Assembly: GCA_943359395.1 (NCBI GenBank)
Contig: CALRHH010000004.1
Span: 1,699 to 65,698 of the forward strand
DNA length: 64,000 nt
Direction: 5' to 3'
Source: Candidatus Nomurabacteria bacterium
Lineage (GTDB): Bacteria > Patescibacteriota > Minisyncoccia > Phycocordibacterales > UBA2100
The position numbers and the translations under genes are program-made. Position 1 is the first letter of the stretch. Each line of letters starts with the position of its first letter. The notes beneath the pieces are model-generated. The model was given only the letters and a program-made list of their open reading frames with translations. It had not been told where the DNA came from and did not search any database. This document shows positions 38,538-46,346 of the stretch, piece after piece.

Positions 38538-39152
38538 CTACGCCGCTTTCTCCATGTTGTGACGAAGAGGCTTCTCAGGTGAATTGTCGTTGGACGCCGC
38601 AGACGGGGCAGCATCTTTAATTCGTACAAAATTATACGTGGGATTCCCGGCCAAATGCTTGAAATGCTTCGTAAGCTCCGATCCCTCGACATCTAGGTGA
38701 GGATACCGCTCATCGGGCAAGTCTTTCTTTGCTGCATCAAGAAACGTCCGTATCATCTCGAGCTGGGAATTCTCTGGTACCGACGACCATGCCTCCTTGA
38801 GACGTGCCTGACGACCACCCGGATCTAGCTCGATGTACATAAACCCAACCACTTTATCGTTCTTTTTTGCAAGATAAATTGCTTCACGCTCGGCACCACC
38901 GCGCAGCTCCGCATGAATCGGGCTCAGAGCCCCCCTTCGCTCCGTCGCGGTATTCTTTTCATAAAGATTGTCGTTCGCGGCGCCCTGCACGTTGTACCGT
39001 AGCTGCCTAATTTGCGACTGGTGCTCAAGGAACTCAGCAAGCTCCACCCGCTCGACTGTAATCCCTGACATCGGCTCAGCACTCTCCGTCTTTTCCGCCT
39101 TCTTAAGCGGCCCTTCCATATCACCCCCCCTGTTGCGCAAAGACATATACAT
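38538..39152 (-). CDS. Hypothetical protein, possible GNAT-like fold, with AANDN motifs
   Basis: IYLAK..DKVVGFMYI beta-hairpin typical of GNAT, but acetyl-CoA motif A not evident. Confidence 0.55.
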   Translation of the reverse strand: MYMSLRNRGGDMEGPLKKAEKTESAEPMSGITVERVELAEFLEHQSQIRQLRYNVQGAANDNLYEKNTATERRGALSPIHAELRGGAEREAIYLAKKNDKVVGFMYIELDPGGRQARLKEAWSSVPENSQLEMIRTFLDAAKKDLPDERYPHLDVEGSELTKHFKHLAGNPTYNFVRIKDAAPSAASNDNSPEKPLRHNMEKAA

Positions 39153-39180
39153 TCATGGTATCACGCAAATTCTGGCGTAA

Positions 39181-39189
39181 TGTGGATAA
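39181..39189. promoter_or_regulatory. Consensus DnaA box
   Basis: TGTGGATAA (reverse complement of TTATCCACA) in the divergent intergenic region. Confidence 0.45.
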
Positions 39190-39232
39190 GATGGAAGGCT
39201 GTTGCCCCACAGCGCTATTGTGCGTATAAATA

Positions 39233-40174
39233 ATGAATATGGCTGTCTCCAAGCGCTATTTTCAGAATTACATAGCTCTATTCCCTGCAAAATTCCGTCC
39301 TTCACTCACGGCAAAGCTTGACTACAAAAAGGTGCTGGACGCCGAGAAACGACTAAAGATTCCGACCCAGGTCTGGCTGGCGTTCCTGACACCGCCGGTT
39401 CAGGAAGCTGAGGAATATGTGCCGGAAAAATATAAACGCGTCTGGAAACTAAAAACAGAAATGCTAAGCAAACTTCCTCACCCGAAGGAGTTCTTGGACG
39501 TGCGCAACCCCCTCCACCACTCGAGTGAATGTGTGACACTTGCCCTTCTGGAAACCCTCTACGACCTTAATGAGAAAAAAGTATTGCTCGCCGAGGCTCG
39601 CTATCATGAGTGGCTTGACGTCGCCAATCATTTTGGCCTCTGGGCACTTCGATACATGCTCGAAGACGCAATCTTCAAGACATTCGACTCTGATAATTTC
39701 TCTCTTTTTGAGAGCGTCGTCGATAAGCAAATGTTTATTGAACAACATCTCGTCCTCGCTATCAGCGGAATTGTCAAAGACGCACTTGCTCAAGCGGGCC
39801 TCGATAATTTCTCACTGGAGAATAGACGCAAGAATATATACGGTGTCTACAAAAAGGTCGCACTCAAACAAAAAAATATAAATGAAATCTACGATATTCA
39901 CGGCTTTCGCATACTCACCTCATCAGAAAGTGACTGCCGAAAAGCCATAGAGGTCTTGCACCAACTATGGCGGCACTTCCCCGAGCGGTACAAAGACTAC
40001 ATCGCGGAGCCGAAGGCAAACGGATACCGCAGTATTCACACCGTTCTCTATAGCCTCGAAGGCAAACTTGTGGAATTCCAGGTGAGAACTCATGAAATGG
40101 ACCACATCGCCGCCTCAGGTCCCGCCAACCACGCGGAGTACAAGAAAAATCTCGGCAAAACTATTTCTTCTTAG
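39233..40174 (+). CDS. Short RelA/SpoT homologue: degenerate hydrolase plus (p)ppGpp synthetase domain
   Basis: R.K..Y...KK, D..GFRI, RYKDYIA.PK.NGY.S.HT, E.Q.RT..M...A..G.A.H..YK; no HD motif, no TGS/ACT. Confidence 0.88.
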   Translation: MNMAVSKRYFQNYIALFPAKFRPSLTAKLDYKKVLDAEKRLKIPTQVWLAFLTPPVQEAEEYVPEKYKRVWKLKTEMLSKLPHPKEFLDVRNPLHHSSECVTLALLETLYDLNEKKVLLAEARYHEWLDVANHFGLWALRYMLEDAIFKTFDSDNFSLFESVVDKQMFIEQHLVLAISGIVKDALAQAGLDNFSLENRRKNIYGVYKKVALKQKNINEIYDIHGFRILTSSESDCRKAIEVLHQLWRHFPERYKDYIAEPKANGYRSIHTVLYSLEGKLVEFQVRTHEMDHIAASGPANHAEYKKNLGKTISS

Positions 40175-40955
40175 CTTTCCGTGTTTTGTTTACTTTGATT
40201 TCTTCGGAAGAGTACGCGTCCGCCATCTTCCAGCACAAGCCGAACATCTCGCGCATACTCGCAGCTATAAGTTTGCTCTTTACGATAATCGCAAGCTTCT
40301 CCGGAATCGAGAAGTACGCGACCTTGTCATCATAGACATTTATCTCAATCTCTATATTCAGTACCGATTTCGGCAACAGACGGCTCTCACGCAACTCTTC
40401 GAAATCCTTCTTCTGACGTGCGCGCGCCATCTTGGTATCAGGAAAAATCGCTCTAATCGGAATCTTCGCCGCTTTCCGGCGCTTGTAGTATTTCGATACA
40501 TACTCCGGCAAAATCGACTCGGTGTCGTCGATAGAGGCGAGGGCGAGGATTTCCGTCTTGCTGGAAAGCGTATCTTCGTATGCGGCGACTATTCCCTCCG
40601 CCCCTTCGTAAAACGCAATTTCCGGCTTCGTGAAAGAGGGATTCATGTAGTCCTCGAAGTGCTTCAGGTGCTTCTTGAAATTCGAGATATTGGACTCAAG
40701 CTTCATCTTGCCGTTCTCGAGGATGTTGACGAGGGTTCCAGGCTCTTGAGGCGTGAAAAAATCCTTCTCACGGGAGAATTTGCTCACGAATCCCCGGTCG
40801 AGGAGGTTGGTCAAAACGATGCTCACATCGAAAGCAGGAAGCTTTGTGTCCTTGCTTAAAGTGGCAATATCCTGCGTCCCCAGCTTAAGACAAGCCAAGT
40901 AGACCTCTGCCTCTTTGACATTGAGCCCTATATCCTGCAGTAACTTGCGAAGCAT
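40161..40955 (-). CDS. TrmB family transcriptional regulator
   Basis: L..IGL...EA.VYL..L.LG HTH, P....YEG.EG, EI.VY.DKV PLD-like C-domain. Confidence 0.88.
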   Translation of the reverse strand: MLRKLLQDIGLNVKEAEVYLACLKLGTQDIATLSKDTKLPAFDVSIVLTNLLDRGFVSKFSREKDFFTPQEPGTLVNILENGKMKLESNISNFKKHLKHFEDYMNPSFTKPEIAFYEGAEGIVAAYEDTLSSKTEILALASIDDTESILPEYVSKYYKRRKAAKIPIRAIFPDTKMARARQKKDFEELRESRLLPKSVLNIEIEINVYDDKVAYFSIPEKLAIIVKSKLIAASMREMFGLCWKMADAYSSEEIKVNKTRKAKKK

Positions 40956-40995
40956 GGGATTACTCTACGCCTCCCATAAAAAAACGCAAAATTCA

Positions 40996-43900
40996 TTAGC
41001 TTTCCATCCACGTGTCGGGGGTATTAGGCGTGCGCTCCACCACGCGCGAGAAACTGTCTATACTCGGATTTTTCTGTATCTCTTTTTTAAGAAATGCGAT
41101 GTGTATTTTTGCAATTGCCTCAAAAAGTTCATCAATATCCCTCTCTTCGTGCAGATAGTGGAAGGAAATGCGTACGGCGTTCTTACCTGGAAGGCATTGC
41201 TCAACAAGATATCCTTCCCGCTGGAGTGCGGTTTTGATGTACTCATCACGGATGATACCCGCTTTCACCCCTTCTTTATGTCGGACAATGCCGAGATTGG
41301 GAAATGTGACAGTGAGAATCCCGTTATAATCAAAACCTTTTCTGTGAACAGGGTAAACCACCTGGCATCCGAATTGTTTCTGAATCACGGGCTCATGGAT
41401 TACTGAATCCGTTATTTGTGTCCCAAATGGAAATTCAGGATTCGTGAGGAGTATTTCTGGATATTCATTTGTCTTCGAAATGGCATACCTGGTTAACTCT
41501 TGCATGCGATTCGCAATGCGTTCCCGTTGCGTCTGTACCTGCTCTCCGTCGTAAGGATTCCAGCTATCCACGCGGGAATTCTGAATCTGGAAAGCAATCG
41601 CAAGTGCAGCGACACGGCGGATGTCGACCGAGCTTTTGCCGGGGCTCAATTTTGCAATTGGATTATTGAGTATCTCGGAGTCAGTAATGTGCGCCAGCCA
41701 GTGATCCGGCCTACCGCTGATTCCCTGTACGTCGTGAACAGCGAACTGGCCATCAATGTATTCTGGGGGATATTCATCCTGTGCCGGGGTCGGGTCGAGT
41801 GACTTGCGCATCGCGAGCATCGCCACATTTTCTATACCGAGAGCTTTGGCCCCACTATTCAGATATATATCACAACCGAGTCGCGCTAGGTCGTTCTCCC
41901 CTCGGTCATTTCTACCAGCGCTTTGGCACCCATCGACAATAACCGGTACTCCGGGATAGCGTTCCTTGAACTTGTCGATGAGATCTCCCAATCCGTAGAT
42001 GCTCGGTGTCTTATTGCCCTCAATGACTCCCAGCGCATCTCCGAAACGGGTCTTACTACTCAACAACACTGCAGCGGGAAAACGTTGTTTTGCCTCAATA
42101 CGCTCTACCATCTCTCTGAAAATGGTGTCGACGTCTTTTGCTTTTCCGCGCCTCCTATCGTTACAATAAACGGCCTCGACTCCCGCCCCATGATTTGTGA
42201 AGGCGTCCGTCATTCCGTCAAACTCCTGATTAGAGACGAGAATGTAGTCTTCTTTTGAGATACGCGGGAAAAGTCGACTTACCACGTCGTTCATCGCCGA
42301 CGTCGCGCTCGGATAGAATACGAAACCATATTTGCCCTGCGTGCTGTAAAGTCTCTCGGCCTGCCGGAGAGCAAATTTGGTGATTGTGCTGTAGCTATTG
42401 GGGATACCATTCCAAATTGCGCACGCGCGGGATATCCATTCTCTTTTGGAATTCGTATCGACACCCGCGGCTGTATCAAAATTCTTCTTCAAGTTCTGTA
42501 TCTGTTCTTTTGACATATCGGACAGATCACGCGGCTTTATGAGGGGTTCGTTGGGATGCTTCCGCTTATCTTGCATATATGTATACGGGCCATTCTCGAG
42601 TACCTCTTCGTCGAACCACGTTTGACGTGATCGTGCAGTCAGCAACATTCTTATTGACTGATCCTCGAGCCCGAGGAGCGGTATGTCCATGTGTGGGTCG
42701 GTGTTGTCTAAAAACTCCTTAACGGAAGAAGCTATGATAGCGACTTTCTTTGGAAAGCTTTCATCCACCTTCTCCAGTTTATCCTCGGAAACTTGCATGC
42801 TGGGCATGTAAGACAGAAAAGAATAGAACTCCTGCCTGAGTGCGTCTTGCGTCACAACTCTTTTCGCGTCCACCGTACGGAGCAACACTGTAAAAGGATG
42901 AATGCCCCCCCTGTCTTCAGAGTGGACGAGGTTGTCTGTGACAAAGTCAGAAAGTCTTTCAATGGACGATCGAGTCTTCTTGGGATCGTCCTCTTTTCGT
43001 GTGCCCAAGCGTTCACTATTCGTAATTGCATCCTGAACTTTTTTAGCAATACTTTCGGGGAGTGTGCCGTCAGGACTCTTCGTACTTTTCTGTACAGATT
43101 TCAGCAACTCATCTACCCGTTCGGCATACAGTGCAGCATGATGGTTATTGAGAAACTGGGCGGCCTCAGCGACAAGTCCCCTCGGGACATCTTCGGACAT
43201 GAGGAGACCAAATTTGCCGACATCAAAGGGCGTATCGCTGCAATCATTCGTGAGCCATGCGTTCGTACCCCCTTCCTCCAAGAGCATCTGACGAAATACT
43301 CCAAATGGACTTGGGGGATCTTGCTCTGTATCCCATTGAGGTCTCTGGAATTCTTCCCGTTGTAAAAAGCGCGAAAGGGCTTTCTTCGACGCTTTGTCGA
43401 TTTGAGTCTTGGTTTCGCTATTGCCGGCTTTTCTCATTACGTTTGCTGTAATATCCGCGTACACGCCGAAGAAGCGGGACATGCTCTTGAAGAAATTACT
43501 TTCTGAGCCATCTTTCGTCTGACTCTCGATATTACGTGCTGTCACGAGTCTTCCCAATTTTGCATCCGTGTCGAGGGGGCGGCTAGTAGAGGCTCCTTCG
43601 GTACTAGCCGTGCTACACATGAACATGAGACGGATAATTGCCGCTGCCTCCTGACCGTACTTTAGGGCAGTCTCGCGAGCGAGCAACTGTACTCGGTGTG
43701 CTGTATTGATATTAAAGTTCTTTCGTGAGACCTGTTCACTCACAAAATCACTGAGCCACTCCTTTCCACCCTTCTCCCCTTCCTTCTTGACCTCTTCCTT
43801 AAATCCCAAGTCAACCTCTGACACAACTTCTTCCCCGAAAAACCTCCCTTTTATGTAAGACTCCAGGCCTTGGTTGGGGAGGCTCAGATTCAATGCGCCG

Positions 43901-44184
43901 CCCAGTCGTTCGATTACTCCGGGAGAAACCCCTTCCTGAAATAAGACATCGTATAGACCCGCAACATTTCTCACACTCGACAGGTGTTCCTGCACGTTCC
44001 GCAATATTCTTGAATAGTCAAACCCTTTTTCTCCCGTCCGCCTTTCTTTATGCGCTTCCATTTCATGCAGCTCGGTCAAAACCCTGAGAGCCTCCCTTTT
44101 TGCATCTTCAATATTCCCTTCCGAGGACGAAATCCTTTCCTTCGGCTTTATGCTATTTCTCCGTGGCTCCAACCCTTTCACCAT
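40996..44184 (-). CDS. Large protein (~1062 aa): unknown N-terminal ~600 aa plus class-V PLP-dependent aminotransferase/cysteine desulfurase-like domain
   Basis: F.PSATSAMN, S.QEF, VDGCQS.G, D....SGAK.LG, VRISFH.....DID.L..AI; start moved to MVKGLE (TACCAT-N7-ATG, terminator upstream). Confidence 0.75.
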   Translation of the reverse strand: MVKGLEPRRNSIKPKERISSSEGNIEDAKREALRVLTELHEMEAHKERRTGEKGFDYSRILRNVQEHLSSVRNVAGLYDVLFQEGVSPGVIERLGGALNLSLPNQGLESYIKGRFFGEEVVSEVDLGFKEEVKKEGEKGGKEWLSDFVSEQVSRKNFNINTAHRVQLLARETALKYGQEAAAIIRLMFMCSTASTEGASTSRPLDTDAKLGRLVTARNIESQTKDGSESNFFKSMSRFFGVYADITANVMRKAGNSETKTQIDKASKKALSRFLQREEFQRPQWDTEQDPPSPFGVFRQMLLEEGGTNAWLTNDCSDTPFDVGKFGLLMSEDVPRGLVAEAAQFLNNHHAALYAERVDELLKSVQKSTKSPDGTLPESIAKKVQDAITNSERLGTRKEDDPKKTRSSIERLSDFVTDNLVHSEDRGGIHPFTVLLRTVDAKRVVTQDALRQEFYSFLSYMPSMQVSEDKLEKVDESFPKKVAIIASSVKEFLDNTDPHMDIPLLGLEDQSIRMLLTARSRQTWFDEEVLENGPYTYMQDKRKHPNEPLIKPRDLSDMSKEQIQNLKKNFDTAAGVDTNSKREWISRACAIWNGIPNSYSTITKFALRQAERLYSTQGKYGFVFYPSATSAMNDVVSRLFPRISKEDYILVSNQEFDGMTDAFTNHGAGVEAVYCNDRRRGKAKDVDTIFREMVERIEAKQRFPAAVLLSSKTRFGDALGVIEGNKTPSIYGLGDLIDKFKERYPGVPVIVDGCQSAGRNDRGENDLARLGCDIYLNSGAKALGIENVAMLAMRKSLDPTPAQDEYPPEYIDGQFAVHDVQGISGRPDHWLAHITDSEILNNPIAKLSPGKSSVDIRRVAALAIAFQIQNSRVDSWNPYDGEQVQTQRERIANRMQELTRYAISKTNEYPEILLTNPEFPFGTQITDSVIHEPVIQKQFGCQVVYPVHRKGFDYNGILTVTFPNLGIVRHKEGVKAGIIRDEYIKTALQREGYLVEQCLPGKNAVRISFHYLHEERDIDELFEAIAKIHIAFLKKEIQKNPSIDSFSRVVERTPNTPDTWMES

Positions 44185-44253
44185 ACGTTGGATGGTACCA
44201 TCCACATGGTTGAGCCCTCTTCCTCCCTGTGCGTATTTCAGCCTGTATACGCA

Positions 44254-44289
44254 AACCAAAAAGCCACCTTAACGGGTGACTTTTTGGTT
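44254..44289 (-). terminator. Terminator after tRNA-Asp
   Basis: AACCAAAAAG-CCACC ttaacg GGTGA-CTTTTTGGTT. Confidence 0.7.
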
Positions 44290-44295
44290 CGCTAG

Positions 44296-44369
44296 CGCGA
44301 GTGACGGGGCTCGAACCCGCAGCCTCTCCCGTGACAGGGGAGTGCTCTAACCAATTGAGCTACACCCGC
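44296..44369 (-). tRNA. tRNA-Asp(GUC)
   Basis: Cloverleaf; CTCCC-CT GTC AC-GGGAG. Confidence 0.95.
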
Positions 44370-44411
44370 ATTCGACGCGTCATTCTAGCAGAAACTTATG
44401 ACTGCGTCGTG

Positions 44412-44485
44412 TGTCGGGGGAGAGACTCGAACTCTCGACCTAGCGCTTATGAAACGCTCGCTCTAACCGGCTGAGCTACCCCGAC
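44412..44485 (-). tRNA. tRNA with CAU anticodon (elongator Met or Ile2)
   Basis: Cloverleaf; AGCGT-TT CAT AA-GCGCT; paired 1:72. Confidence 0.9.
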
Positions 44486-44540
44486 CTGATGTGCAAAATG
44501 AGAATATCGCATATTTCCCTTTCATGCTATACCTACGAAT

Positions 44541-44720
44541 ATGTGGAACACAATCTTACAGGTAAACTCCGTACTGTGGGTTTTGTCAGCTTTTTTCCTC
44601 GTCTATTCTTTCGGTACTGCCATTCTCCACTGGTCATGGAAACAATTCTGGCTTGCACTTCTGCTCTTCGTCTTCCTATCGGTAATTGAAATAGTTATCG
44701 CCGCACTACAAGAGCCCTAA
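44541..44720 (+). CDS. Small 2-TM membrane protein, 59 aa (not in ORF track)
   Basis: MWNTILQVNSVLWVLSAFFLVYSFGTAILHWSWKQFWLALLLFVFLSVIEIVIAALQEP; TG.TATACC upstream. Confidence 0.7.
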   Translation: MWNTILQVNSVLWVLSAFFLVYSFGTAILHWSWKQFWLALLLFVFLSVIEIVIAALQEP

Positions 44721-45119
44721 ATTCAGGCTCCTCCAAAATTCCTTATCTTTCGGATGCGTGAGCATCTCACCCACGAGTTCCGGCACTACCCACCGCGCTT
44801 CAGGGTTCGACGAATCTTTTGGCGCGAGTTTCTCCTCCTCCGTCCGGAAAAGAAACATGTGTATGGTTTTGTGTTCGCTCGTATCGTCCCCTCCCAAGGG
44901 TGTCCCCTTGTATCGCCCGTACGAACCGAGCTCTTTCACCAACGTGATATTTTGCAATCCTGTTTCCTCTTCTATTTCACGCTTCGCCGCTCCGAGCGCA
45001 TCCTCGCCCTCATCGATGTGCCCTTTGGGGAACCCCCAAAAATCCGGACCATTGCGCACGAGCGCCACTCCCCCGCTCGAGTTGGTGATAATCCCTCCAG
45101 CGACTTCTGTCTTTTCCAT
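44706..45119 (-). CDS. NUDIX hydrolase
   Basis: W.FPKGH.D.GE....AAKRE..EETG Nudix box. Confidence 0.93.
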   Translation of the reverse strand: MEKTEVAGGIITNSSGGVALVRNGPDFWGFPKGHIDEGEDALGAAKREIEEETGLQNITLVKELGSYGRYKGTPLGGDDTSEHKTIHMFLFRTEEEKLAPKDSSNPEARWVVPELVGEMLTHPKDKEFWRSLNLGLL

Positions 45120-45134
45120 CGCATAGTTTTAGCA

Positions 45135-45372
45135 CGAGGGTGTGAATTGGTCACGGATGATTTTATGTTTAATTGTTTCGTTACTTAGGGAATTGGCCAC
45201 GAATATATCCCCGCCGTCGCTCGGAAATTTCGCGACCCCGCCTCGCGGTCGCACAAGCTTGTGCGACATCGCTGCGGCCTGCAATTCCCGGCACGAAGTG
45301 TGCAGACACTTCGCTCCCCAACGCAAAAGCACAAAACCAAAACGCCCCGTGGGGGCGCTTTGGTTTCTGGCT
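45135..45372 (-). repeat. Multi-hairpin element downstream of tRNA-fMet containing an antisense copy of the tRNA 3' half
   Basis: Terminator-like hairpin, then TTGCG..GGGG[hairpin]G.CGGGAATTGCA..CCGC, further hairpins, and two CGTG(G/A)CCAATTC direct repeats. Confidence 0.6.
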
Positions 45373-45374
45373 TG

Positions 45375-45446
45375 TTGCGGGGGCGGGAATTGCACCCGCG
45401 ACCTCAAGGTTATGAGCCTTGCGAGCTACTACTGCTCCACCCCGCT
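45375..45446 (-). tRNA. Initiator tRNA-fMet(CAU)
   Basis: AGCGGGGTGGAGCAG..TAGCTCG, CAT anticodon, A1:A72 mismatch. Confidence 0.9.
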
Positions 45447-45497
45447 TTCGTCAATGTACTACAAGCGAGATAAGGAAGCAATAAATTCGAGAAATAT

Positions 45498-46211
45498 TTA
45501 TTCGATGTAGCGCGCGTCTTTCAGGACTTTCTCATAAAGCGTGACGACGCGGCGGGCTTCGCGCAGCGTTAGCTGGTGCGCACTTCCATCATGTGCGATT
45601 TTGTTGCGAATCTTGTGCGCCTCCCATGCAAGGTCTATAGAATTAAAACTTGCACGGTCGATAGTGCGCATTTTATCCGCCATGGTTTCCCCTTTGTAGC
45701 CCATGACATCAAGCAGCTCGTTGAGCATGATGTCGGCCTCGAGGATTGCGAGTCGCCATGATTGTTCGGAGTCCGAGCCTATTTGGTCGAGTATCCTATT
45801 CCAACGCAATTGTGTCTTCGGGATATCTTGCGCGATGACAGAGTGCCGAGCTTGATAAAATCTTCGCCGCTCTGTTTGACGTATCTGAAATACACGAATC
45901 GAACAGTAAATGACGAGAGCGCTCAGACACAATGTGACGAGGAGCGAGAACGCTACAAACGTACTCCACTGCTGGAAGAACTTGTCATACGTGCCTGGCG
46001 CTGACGCCAGTTGTAGATACTGAACGACCTGTGGAGCCGATACGGCGGTCGTAATAGGAGTGGCAAGCGGCGACACAGGCTCCCCTGCCGCGGTTGGAAC
46101 ACCCGTTCCTGCGACAGTCATCACTGTTCCAGGAATCCACTTAAAAGCAACCTCGCTGAGAAACCATAGAGCCGAACCGAGGGTACTTCCGGACGAAGGA
46201 TCTGGATTCAT
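45498..46211 (-). CDS. Hypothetical membrane protein
   Basis: One TM, then W..I......W.LAI.EAD..L...L...G..G.T..., AW.AH..RN.IAH (HEPN-like RxxxxH); TATAAT-N6-ATG. Confidence 0.8.
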   Translation of the reverse strand: MNPDPSSGSTLGSALWFLSEVAFKWIPGTVMTVAGTGVPTAAGEPVSPLATPITTAVSAPQVVQYLQLASAPGTYDKFFQQWSTFVAFSLLVTLCLSALVIYCSIRVFQIRQTERRRFYQARHSVIAQDIPKTQLRWNRILDQIGSDSEQSWRLAILEADIMLNELLDVMGYKGETMADKMRTIDRASFNSIDLAWEAHKIRNKIAHDGSAHQLTLREARRVVTLYEKVLKDARYIE

Positions 46212-46243
46212 GGACAGATTATAACTCACCGTTAGAAGCACTA

Positions 46244-46346
46244 TCGGCCCGCACCTGCTGGCGCGTGCCCGAAACTCCTCATGTCGACATTAGCCGACAT
46301 TCGGCCCCTTCGGGCGCCTCACGGCGGTTTCGCCTTTGGGCGGGGA
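46244..46346 (+). repeat. Three-hairpin structured repeat, copy 1 (after gatA stop)
   Basis: CTCCTC..TGTCG..CGACA.TCG-GCCC cttc GGGC-GCCTCACGGCGG. Confidence 0.7.

Noticed and set aside
45129..45510. Several short ORFs overlapping tRNA-fMet
   Set aside because: Spurious translations of the tRNA and adjacent repeat.
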